Below are positions 52,782-64,000 of a DNA stretch of 64,000 nt, one piece after another. Location of the stretch: contig NGBS01000583.1 in the NCBI GenBank assembly GCA_002245135.1, positions 496,001-560,000 of the forward strand. The letters are read 5' to 3'. Made by a program: the position numbers and the translations under genes. Origin of the DNA: Proteromonas lacertae. Its lineage: Eukaryota. The notes under the pieces were generated by a model. It made no database searches. It had not been told where the DNA came from and saw only the letters and a program-made list of their open reading frames with translations. Position 1 is the stretch's first letter. Each line of letters begins with the position of its first letter.

Positions 52782-54184
52782 TTATAAATCCACGTAATTA
52801 GGTAATAACTCTTCTTTTGGATCGAAACTGTTATTTCTAGGATAATCACCTCTAAAACATTGTCTATTGTTATTATTACAATTATCTAAATCATCTTCAC
52901 TTGTAACTGATGATAATAAAAACGCTTTTCTTGAGAATGGAATAGGTGAAGCGATTGGAGATAATACAAAGTGTTGAATATTATTATTATAATTACCATT
53001 AACATTTAAGTTTATTATATTATTGTTATTGCGTTGCTTAAATCTCATTGGAGATATAGTGATAGAATTACTATTAATAGAAGATGAAGAAGGCATGATT
53101 GATGGTGTAACTGGTGTTGCTGGTGATTCATTACTCGATGTATTAGCATCTGGCCAATCCATTATTGAGAATTCTTGTTTGGGATTATCAGGTATTTGAA
53201 CAGTGTAACATTCTTCTTCATCATTACAATGATAAGTTGTTGAATGTAAGCCACTAACTAAAGATGTGGAGAATATTGACATGAAATGATTGACTAAAGT
53301 TTCTTCACTTAGATTACCATCTTCATCTGCTAATTCGAAATCATATATTAACCGATTATATGATTGCCCAAATAATGATCTTAGATTGTAATAACAACCT
53401 TGTGCTTTAGGGAATCTGCCATTATGTTTTAATCTGTAACTACGAATGAAATATATATTGTCTAGTCTATTTTTAATATCACTCAGTTGATTCTTTTCTA
53501 ACAAATAATTACTACACTGTTTTCTGAGCTTAAATATTGGTTCAAATGGTTTTGGATTGTAGGTTATTAAATCCATTATTTCACTGATTGGAATAGGTTC
53601 AAACGATGTACTATAAGTATATATAATAAAATAATTATACAAATTTATTTTACTATCGAAACTTTCAATCAATTCTCTCTCTTCATCACTATCAAGAGGA
53701 CCATTCAAATACATTATGAATGTGTAAAAGTCACTGTATGTGCAAGGTGAATTCAATTCATGAAACAACGACAAATAACATTTAACGCATGATTGTAAGG
53801 AGAATACTGTGTTGAGAAGCGTAAATTGCAAGTAATCATTCCAATTAAGGGACATAGCTAAATTATTATTAAAACATAATAATATACGATAAACAGTATT
53901 TAGAATTGATGCAAGCTGGTTTTGTTCATATCCTATATACTGACAAATACCTCCTATAGTTAAGTAACTGACAGTAGGTCTAGTGTACGTATGATAGATA
54001 GTGATTATACGAATGTAATATATCATAAATATTGAAAATATTTTTAATGTCCGATTTAGATACTAAGCAAAGGTAGATTAAATGTAGATACAGTGAAACA
54101 CTTTAGCAAACTGCACAGAAACGTCATTTAATCCATAAAATTTAATGAAATCCTCCTAGATAATAAAATAAACATCTATACCAT
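52782..54184 (-). CDS. Hypothetical protein, possibly degenerate EF-hand-like N-terminus, S/P/N-rich tail
   Basis: ATG-only first exon (in-frame TGA 9 nt upstream), then EDFIKFYG...AKVFHLSKSDIKNIFNIYD joined to the 414-aa ORF by 26-31-nt introns. Confidence 0.6.
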
Positions 54185-54299
54185 TGTATTTCATTTATCA
54201 CGTGATTGTCAAAATACAAATGTATTATTGTATTTTATTGTATAAAACTTAGAAGAAAGACAGAGTAAAGATAATAATAATTTATATTCGTTACACATA

Positions 54300-55210
54300 T
54301 TACTTTGCATAATTTAACTCTAACGTGTAATTATCTGTAAGTTTATAATTCTTGAATGTTCTTAACGCCGACTGTGCGCATGGTATACTGATATATTCAA
54401 TAAATGCTACATTTCTTCCTGGTACTGGACGAACTTCTTTGAAACCAACACATCTATTAAGTAAATTATAAATTTAAACGAATAATACTGTGCAAACAAT
54501 GCTTGTAACACTTCTGCACCAATATTTTCAGGAATATTAAGACATAATAATGTACTATTAGCAGGATTCAATGGTGCTGGAATATGTCTCTGTAATTGAC
54601 CTGGTTGTGGTTCTTGTCCTGGTTTAGGAGGTGGTGGTATATTTTTCTTAGGTTTCATAACAAATGTGCCTTCTTCTCTTGCTATAATATCTGATTTTTC
54701 TTTAGCAAATTGAATAAACTAATGATGAAATAGAGTATAATATTATACAATTGGTCTATTTAAGACATTACATCCTTGGAATTGATCCATTGCTTTCTTC
54801 GCATCTTCTACATCAGAAAAAACTACCCAAGCTTGACCTTTCAATGCATATTTCTTACCTACTAGAATTTGTTTGATTTGACCACATGAATGGAATAATG
54901 TCAATAGAGTATTTCGAATTACATCAGGATCATACTATTAATGTTAAAATCAGTAGTGATTATAAATATATACTTTATAATTGAGATTATTGATATAAAG
55001 AGTTTGATTAGGTTTATTATTCTGATTTTGATTTGTATTCTGTGAATCTGGAGGTGTTGTAATTGGCATTGCTGGCATCATTGGCATTTGAGGTGGAAGA
55101 GGAGGTTGTGGCATACCTGGTATTTGGTTATTCATTTTTGATTGTTCTACTTGTTGTGGAGGAATTGATGGTGGATTCTCAGCTGATTGTTGAGGTGTTG
55201 AAGTACTCAT
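54300..55210 (-). CDS. U1A/U2B''/SNF-family two-RRM snRNP protein
   Basis: PNQTLYINNLN, LKGQAWVVF, IQFAKEKSDIIA, a second RRM (PANSTLLCLNIP...LFAQY.GFKEVR...AFIEY) and terminal NYAK stop. Confidence 0.9.
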
Positions 55211-55852
55211 TGGAAATTAACACCTATTAATATATAGTAATTACAATAAAATTAATGAAAATATATATTTAAAGCAAAAAAAGTGTTATACACCTTCAAA
55301 AAATTGAAAAAATGAAATACACTTGGTTTTTCAGAACAATTTTTTGGTAGACCATAGTTTTTTAAAATCATTCTATGTCGAAAGAGACAAAGGAAGAGGA
55401 GAAAGAGCCAATATATCCAGTATTATTACATTATATATTATAGTTACCATCATACAAATTTACAATAACAGCAATAGTTTTGATTATAATGGGTTGTGTT
55501 CTTGATTACAATGGTAAATGGTTTTGTTTTTCTTGTGCTATGTCATATCATTTTGATTAGAATATATTTTACTTTTCTTTAACAAATCACTTTATTTATT
55601 ATCAATTATCTTAGAGCCAGAAACATAACTAAAGTCTATAATGAAAGTTTAGCAAAAAGTAAAAAGGAATAGTTTATTTTATATATAATATTTTTTGTTT
55701 AATAAACACAACAAAACATAATTAGAACAAAAATATATGTCATTAAAAAGTATTTATATAAATTTAATTAAAATTAACTAAAATGTTTTGTTATTAATTT
55801 TTTTTTAGGACTAATAAAATAACACAATACATATTCTTAATTTGATGAGCTG

Positions 55853-56607
55853 CTATTGATTAAAGCAGGATGGACAGCAAATATCAAATACATATTGCCT
55901 TTTGATTTTATTAAATTTGACAAAACGATACAATGGGACAATATGACCATTTGCACATGTTAAACAAGGTATATTATAATATCCTGTCACATCTGATTCA
56001 CGCAATTGCTCATTCTGAGAGCAAGCTGTCACAAATAAACCAGGATTGGTTATACCTGTCACAAAATGAATGATTAAACACGTTAATCTCTTCATGACAA
56101 TAATGACAGTTAGCAGTTACATTCTGAAAATTGATATATACAGTAATTGCATCTCTTAAGATGTTTAAAGGGTAAATTGGATGGTGAATTTAACACCTGA
56201 TATATAATGGAGCAATAATTATCACCACACAACACACTTATATACTCTTTTACAAGGCATATAGGTGTACCAAGGTGTGATTTTATGTGATATATGTAAG
56301 GCCTCATTATCAACTCGCCATCTTCATCAGCATTGACATCTATAAGCATCATAATTCTTAATTATACGTTTGGATTCAAACAAAATGCATTCGAGGGCTG
56401 TGCGAGGAGACTGTACTAAAAACTCACCATTGAGTGTATTTTGACTTTGATTAAAGGGATTGGTGGTAGTACTATAAAATATATTTTATGATGGAGCATT
56501 ATATACTATAAAATGGTAGGGTCCATTAGAATTGTTTCAATGTTGCTCATTGTATCTGTATCGTAAATGTTTTCTGGTGAAAACGTTATATTAGTATCTT
56601 CATCCAT
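55853..56607 (-). CDS. Hypothetical Cys-rich protein; splice model uncertain
   Basis: Two ordinary introns plus an 86-nt GT-AG intron (56056-56141) join the two 80-aa ORFs into one frame with CNYC, CLTC and CPSC motifs. Confidence 0.45.
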
Positions 56608-58227
56608 AGCTGTGGAAATTCTGTGAATAAACTAGAGCTATTAAATAAAAGAAAGCAAAAAATAAAGAATTTTGGTTTTAATAACTTCAATTGTTGTTTT
56701 TATTAATTACTTACAGAAATTACATATATAATCACTCTGTTTCAGCATTAGGTAATGATTTGATATACTATAACAGTACTGTGCTGTTTAAACGAAAAGA
56801 AACGTGAGTGTAAGACTGTTAATTTGATGTTTTTTTATGTTTTTGAATAAATTGCTGTATAACTACTTATAAAATTTAAATTTGTGTCTGAATATATTTT
56901 TAATGCTCAATTTAGAACATATTTAAATAAATGTAATGTTAGATAAAAATCTATTTAAATCAGCCATATTCAATGTCGTCTATTTTTTACTCTTCAAAAT
57001 ATCATATTTATTTGATTATGAGTATAGCAACAGTGAGTTTTGAATAATATAGTCTGAAAATAGTGTTTGACAGCCAATCAAATTCAATTTCGTAAATTTC
57101 TAACAAACAACTGAAACACATGCAAATGTTTAATTGCTTTGAATATAAATATACAATAGAAAAATATAGCGTTGTTCAAAGTGGATCTTGCAGTTTTATG
57201 ACAGATAGAGTATAGGTGGTAGTTACACCCACAATGATTAAGTGTTTAGTTATAACGATACTTGTTTCCACGATGTGTAAAAAATATAAACTTTTTTTAT
57301 ACGGTAAAGAATGATTATTTTCTGTAGATTAAAGTGATATTATTTTAGAAGTTAAAAAGGATATATAAGCTATTCTTATTTCTGTATATTCGCTGTAGCA
57401 TTTTTTGAACTTATCAGGAATGCATGGTTCTTCAGCCATTACGTCAATTTCAACTATTCACATGAAATAAACTATAATAAAGAGATACTTCTTACATTCA
57501 GCATTAGCACATAGTGATGCATAAAATAAATGGCTAACCTTGAGAAGGCTGAAGTATTGTACTATTCATAGCCTTCACTCACAATTAACAGCGATTCTAT
57601 TAACATATATACTTAGAAATCATCAAAAGTAACAGTTTAATGATAATAATACTGACTGATAATCTAAAATCTACAGGATATAAAGCATTTTATATAATTA
57701 GTATGTATATTATTATAAAATATATACATACACAGTTCTACGACGTTTTTTATACTATGTTTCTTCTCTTTAATACACAATCTAAGCAAATGTACTACAG
57801 ATTCTGTAAAATTGCTAAAGTCTAAAAATAATACAAATATATACTGTAATATTAAGCAGTATTCCTTTTAAGAAGGTTAATATTCTATAAATTACCTTAA
57901 AAATGCAGTTTTGAAAAAAGTCACTAACTGAAGATATATTTGAGCTGCATTCATCCAGTAAAATGCTATTTGTAATATATAAATTCTACTTATACGTATA
58001 ATCCGATTTGTGAAATAGTTGCAAATCATTCTGTGTTTATGTTTGCAGATAGTATTTTTAAGGTATACATCCTAATTTTGGTTAAATATTTTCTCCTTAT
58101 TCACGATACTGAGGGCAATGCAAGTAATTCTTAAGATAAAAAAAGAAAGAGTAAAAAATAAAAAAATAAAATTATGACATTTATGACATTTGTCAGGTAA
58201 TTATTTATTTTCTTCTCAAATTCTTCA

Positions 58228-60325
58228 ATGAGTATTTCATTATGCTGTGAAATACCACTTTTACTATACACTGTCTATCTCCTTTTTAGTGTTGGTTATT
58301 GTATCTATGAATGCAACCCTGAATCGAGATTAGTTATATTTCCTTCAATAGAATCTAGTGAAATACAGCATTTCAGAAAGATCATCGATGAAGGTATTAT
58401 ATTCTTAGATAATATTATATAGATATAAAACCAAATCAAAATCTATTCAAATTTGTTCATATATCTGATTTACATTTGCAAGAACCTAAGAAATCATCAA
58501 ATAGTAAAACATTTGAAAAATTTGTAAAGCAATACTTACCTTTATTAGATCCACAATTAATTCTAATCACAGGTGATATGGTTCATGGAGATTCTACAGG
58601 AATGGTTGCATTCAATGAAGATGAGTGGATGTTATATACAAATCCATTTAAAAATTCCAAATATAAAGATAGAATATTAGATATAAGAGGCAATCATGAA
58701 TCACGAGGAATATCTGAATATAATGATTTATACTTGAATTATTCATTTGCACATAATACTGAGCCAGTTTATAATTATGTTTATAATTTAAATAATAATA
58801 CAAAATATAATTTTATTGGTTTAGATATGAATATTTTACCTGGTACAAGATCTGTAACAAACACATTCAATTTCTTTGGAAGTATGATTAAAAGTAACTT
58901 AGATAAATTAACAACGATATTAAATGGAAATAAAGCAAATCATACTGTTTTATTTACTCATTTTCCATTAAATACAGTTTACTCATCATTATCATCAGAT
59001 GGTTTAACGTTTAGAGAGATTGTTAGTAAGTATAATGTATCTTTATATTTATGTGGTCATTTACATGGTGTTTTACCATATTTACAAACTCCACATTTAA
59101 CAGGTCCATATTTAGAAATGGAAGTTTCTAATTTTATGAATTCGTATAAATTGTTATTGTTATATTTCACAATAGAATTCGTTTTTATACAATGTATAAT
59201 GATATAATCAGTCTTACAGATATATCAACATTAGAATATATTCATAATCCTGTGATTGTTCATTTTATATATCCAAAAGATAGTCATTATATCATACCAT
59301 CAGAACCATCATCTAATTATTCATATATTTATTGTATGATACTTACAAATGACAAAATTAAGAATGTTTCATTATTTATTAATAATGAATATATTGGAGA
59401 ATTAATTGAATTGAAAAAATCACGTTATTATTACATTTACGATTTGAATCAATTGTCTACTAATCAAAGTCATTCAATTAAAGTTGAAGTTAAAACAAAT
59501 CAATATAAAACATCATCTACAATCACGTACTATAGTAATTCATTTCGTCCTGCCTTATACAACTATATCCACCAATTATTCATGTCAATTAACTTTCCAT
59601 TAGTATTGAGTCTTTACTTTTGGTTTGTATATCTTTGTTTCATTCTCGTTTTGATTATACCAAAGATGATATTGTTATATTTTACAAATACAATTAAAGA
59701 TTGGTCTTTTACTACTATTATTGTATATATATATATATATTCTATTATTATTATTATATATAAATAGTCATTAGAGAAGCAGTTATATGTAATATTTCCA
59801 CCACCAGTCCAGCCAATTCAGTCATTATTACATACAATTTTCATTAGATTAATGTTATATTGCTCTACACCATTATTCTGGATAAATATATTTGTTTGCA
59901 TTTATCTAGTTAATTTTCCTATTATATATGGTCCAATATCCTATAAAAAGATTGGTTCTATATATTTATCAACAGTGTTTTATAATACTGATAATACTTC
60001 ATTCACTATTCCAGATACTTATTTCTTAGGTGGAAATATTATTTTGTTTGTATTTGTTCCATTTTTAATACATCATTTAATATGGATTATTCCACCGTGT
60101 ACCTGTATTTGCTCAATCTTATCGTTGTGGTTTTCTTACTTGTTTTTCTCGTGTTATCCATTATCAGTGATGAAGTATGTTTATCAACACAATTCTTTCT
60201 TTTTATTTCTAATGTCACCACTTACATGGATTATTGTGTTATATCTTGCATTGACATTGGGATATTCATTGTATTATCACATGATATTATCAACTTATAA
60301 TCAATACAAGTATCATAGGTGTTAA
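58228..60325 (+). CDS. TMEM62-like calcineurin-like metallophosphoesterase with C-terminal TM helices
   Basis: HISDLH, ITGDMVH, RGNHE, FTHFP, LCGHLH, followed by a beta-rich region and multiple hydrophobic segments. Confidence 0.82.
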
Positions 60326-60434
60326 TTTAAGCATTCTTTTATTTTATTCTCTTATTTTTGTTTTATAATATATAACGAACATATAAAGAACATAAATTTT
60401 AATTATATATTATTATTATGTGTTAAACATTGAA

Positions 60435-62229
60435 TTAATCAGAATCAGATTCAAGTTCTGCCCATTTTTCACTTTTCCTAACTTCAATAGCTTCAAAGCA
60501 ATTACTTTGATTTGCCTGTAACATAATCACCAGCAGCCAGAGTTAATAAACCAAGGAAATCACTAGCAATATTTCTCTTACTTTTACCATTAACCATACG
60601 TTGAAATTCTACAATAGGATTCTGTTCAAACTCATTTTTTAAATCATTTACAATTTCAATCGATCTATTCACTTGATTAATAATCACAGTTTCTTCTTCA
60701 CGAATGGGATAATCTTGATTAAAATCTTCATTAATTTCTATCATAGGATCATCCATAGTTTCATTAAATGTTGGTCCTTCTAGAAAAGATACTGTTCCAT
60801 CAATTCTACTATTCATTTGTATAGTATCATTCACTGGTGATGATGGCGACATTTGCTGCTGTTGTTGTTGTTGTTGTTGTTGTTGTTCATTATGGTCATT
60901 AATATTCATTGTTGTAAATTCAAAATCATCATTTATTCTTTCTTCTTCATCATCTAATCCCAACTGCATTAAATCAATTTCATCTACATCATCTCTATCA
61001 TCATCTCTTGGAAGTTTCTTCATTTCTGGTAATTGTCTAATGAAGTGTGTAATTGGGTTTATAAATTTGGAATATTCTGGTTTTTTATATTTTCTTTTTT
61101 TAACTATTTTATTAATATTATTGTTATTGTTATTATTATTATTATTGTTATTGTTATTTCTTCTTCTGTTCCTTCTTGGTGTATTACCATCATCGTCATC
61201 ATCATCTCCGTCATCATCATCATCACTGCCATTTTCTTCATCACTATCACTGTATATATCATCATTTTTCATTTTTCTTACAATTTCTTCAGATAATTCA
61301 GTTTCTTCATCAAATAAAGTCTTTCTTCTCTTCCTTTTATTTACTAAAGATTGTGATCTTTTATGTTTGCCAGATCCTGTTACTCTATCATCATAATCTT
61401 CATCTCCATTTAATGGACTATCATCTAATTCTATATTATTATTCTCTAATACTGAACCTTTTAGACTCTCTACAACATCAACATACCTATTTCTTCTATT
61501 CTCACTTTCTCTTCCTTCTACTTCTTCCATATCACCTCCTTGCTCAGGTTGCATGTCTTGATATATTTCGTCTTGATCCATCATTGGCTCTGTATAATCA
61601 TATTGTTCAGCTGCAGCTTGATTATCATCAATTACTTCACCCATAGACTGAAATGTTCTTCGAGTTTCTATACTACTGGCTCTACCGCTTCTAAGACCAG
61701 TTTCTGGTGTTCTGAATCTATCAGATGGAGAGTATAATATACGACTCTCACTTGCTCCATCAATCTAGGTATTATCATAAATCAAGAAATTATACTGTAG
61801 TCATATCTAACCAATTCTGAGCAGTAGAAAAATGTTCAAATTGACTCACACTAAAATCGTCTGAAAATGACAGATCATTAGTATCTTGTATTCTAACTAG
61901 ATTATCTACTGTATTGCTAGTATCAACTGTATCATTTAGATTATTAACTGACATTCGTCTCTGGAATGTTCTCATATCATTTTCTGTATATATAACCTTT
62001 TTTGAATAAATGTAAGCCACAGCATAAATAAATGAACTGATTGTATCAATAGATTCGTTATTATCAGGAATAACAGCGATTGCATCCTATGGCGGTTTAA
62101 TATATATTTTAATACCCTAATATTGGTAGTAATAATCTGTTCTTTTGATAACCTCCTAGGATTGTTTATGGCGGTGATCATTTTTGTTAATGGCCCGTTC
62201 TGGGTGATTACAGTGCTGGCATTAAACAT
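60435..62229 (-). CDS. Rad21/Rec8-family kleisin (divergent); C-terminus disrupted or spliced
   Basis: MFNAST..TQNGPLTKM...RRLSKEQI..TNI and AVAYIYSKKVIY..ND N-terminal domain, ExxR sites (SIETRR), C-terminal winged helix RNIASDFLGLLTL. The last motif continues in the +1 frame to TAA 60435-60437. Confidence 0.8.
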
Positions 62230-62563
62230 TACAATAAAAAATCAAAAACGCGCCAAATTTTAAGAGATTTATTCTTGATTAGAAAAACTGGTAATAACAG
62301 ATGAAATTAAGGCAATTGATGCTATTTTATAAAATTATGTATTTTAATCATGAATATAGAGTATTATTTCGATTTGTATTAATTCTACATCTTCCGCTAT
62401 TTCTCCATTTATGATATATAGAAATGTGAAAAGTTAATGAAAAATGCATTTATGAAATATGTCTCATTTAAGATTATCATTTTTATTTCACTATTATACC
62501 ACACTTTTTATCAAATCAAGCAAATCAGTTTTTGAATTTTTGTAATTAATTCTCATTAACAAG

Positions 62564-63165
62564 ATGCCATATGATGAAAAAGATGATGATGCACCACCAA
62601 GAGGAGCTCCGGCTAGTGGATGGGGAGAGGACACCACAGGACAAGTAGTAATTCCAACTTTGGAGAAGTATTGTTATTTTTGATATATAATGATAGAAAT
62701 AAACCTAAACCACAAGAAGATAATGAAACAGGTATTTTTTATTGAAAGTTATTTATTGTAGAAGAAATAATGATTATTCCAGATATTGAAGATATACAAG
62801 AAGAAGAGAAGATGGTTGATGTTGCTGAAGCACCACAAGTAAAGACTTTCAGAGTTCAAGGATTAGAAGAATTGAAAAGAACTGGTCAATCGAGTCTTCC
62901 ATTAGCTTACGATCCAGGTGTTGATCTTACAATATTAGTCACTCATTTTTTACAAGAGAACTTAGTATTATTACATATTTTCATTATTGGTTAGATTGAA
63001 GAGCCAAAAAATCCCTGGGATTTTGAACAATTGTTACAAGATGTAAAACAAGGTATTAGAACTGATGAAGAGAAAAACGGTATTGATGAAAATAATGATG
63101 CAATGAATACTACTCAGACTGCACCATCTTCAGTACCTGTAGCAAAACAACCACCTGGAAAGTAA
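62564..63165 (+). CDS. IFT43: Intraflagellar transport protein 43
   Basis: SGWG, IIPDIEDIQEEE...VAEAP...RVQGLEEL, GVDLTIL, EEPKNPWDFEQLL. Three introns. Confidence 0.85.
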
Positions 63166-63241
63166 AATTAATTATTTAATTTATTATTCTATTGTATTGT
63201 TATGAAATAAAAAAAAATCAATTAATATAAAATATATAAAT

Positions 63242-64000
63242 CTACTTTTTCTTAAACATTCCACTAATTTTCTTCAAATTAATATCAAATGACATTTTTC
63301 TATCTCTAGGAGTGTTATTGTTATCAGAATCATTGGTAAAAGAAGTAGAACATATTTCATTCTCTTTTTTATACTGTTCTTCTAATGTATCTAAATACTG
63401 TTGATTGAATTTAAATGATAATGAATGTTGAATAATCTTACTACCATCTTCCTCAGTTAAATCTTTAACATTTGATTTTTGTAATCTTTGTAAATAAATT
63501 AGAATTTGTTCCATATCAAATCCTTTCAATTTCTCTTCAAAAAATGCTAATACAGATAAACCAACTCTATATATAACTTTCCAACCTTCAATTAAGAAGG
63601 AATCTAATACTTTAGACACTGTAATTGGTGGTAATAAACAATGACTAGTGTATAATGTCATTAACCATTCAGTGGAAAACATATCAATTATAACACCAAC
63701 ACAGTCAAAATGAAATGCTAATTTAGGTAAGAATTGATCTATTAAATGTTTAAATACATATTGACAAAGATGTAAACGAGGTAATCCAGACATATATAAT
63801 TCATATAACTTCATTCTTTCACACAATGTAAAGCTGTTCATTAACCAAAAGGCATTGACTTTATTCCAATTGGATATACGTAATAACTCAACAGCTACAT
63901 GATTCATACCTTGACAATATTCAACCGAATCTCTTAAGAAGGAGGAAGCATGTAATAATTCTGATAATATTGATTGTTTTTGTGCTTCTGTTAGTTTATC
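63242..64000 (-). CDS. TBC-domain RabGAP, 5'-partial (runs off the window)
   Basis: EYCQGMNHVA, AFWLM, LPKLAFHF, WLMTLY, DSFLIEGWKVIYRVGL. Confidence 0.9.
   Translation of the reverse strand, partial: DKLTEAQKQSILSELLHASSFLRDSVEYCQGMNHVAVELLRISNWNKVNAFWLMNSFTLCERMKLYELYMSGLPRLHLCQYVFKHLIDQFLPKLAFHFDCVGVIIDMFSTEWLMTLYTSHCLLPPITVSKVLDSFLIEGWKVIYRVGLSVLAFFEEKLKGFDMEQILIYLQRLQKSNVKDLTEEDGSKIIQHSLSFKFNQQYLDTLEEQYKKENEICSTSFTNDSDNNNTPRDRKMSFDINLKKISGMFKKK

Noticed and set aside
54185..54299. U1A autoregulatory PIE element in the 3' UTR
   Set aside because: No ATTGCAC/ATTGTAC boxes on the coding strand.
1..64000. Stop codons created by polyadenylation (known in Blastocystis) or a reassigned genetic code
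   Set aside because: Every complete gene model reached a genomic TAA, TAG or TGA, and internal stops were explained by short introns (the kleisin case is reported separately).

Overview
Eukaryotic, very AT-rich and gene-dense DNA read with the standard code. It holds about 30 protein-coding genes, almost all split by tiny GT-AG introns (mostly ~24-50 nt), so the ORF track shows exon fragments rather than whole genes. Tiny introns, compact spacing and a candidate U12-type intron resemble Blastocystis/Opalinata stramenopiles, but the taxon is an inference. Ciliary genes (ARL13, IFT43) are intact. The main structural feature is a near-perfect 2,433-bp inverted duplication (34582-37014 / 38928-41360) around a single-copy gene. 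Each arm carries the cereblon CULT-domain 3' end, a U1 snRNA with a shrunken stem-loop 4, and a pseudokinase-LRR gene. The arm ends fall 1 nt before an ATG and exactly on a stop codon. Other highlights: a candidate AT-AT minor intron; a start codon split by an intron; a Rad21/Rec8 kleisin with a C-terminal frameshift that a 28-nt intron could rescue; a kinesin-14 with IQ motifs and a giant acidic repeat tail; and a head-to-head gene pair with ATGs 18 nt apart. Gene models were spliced by hand and no database searches were run.
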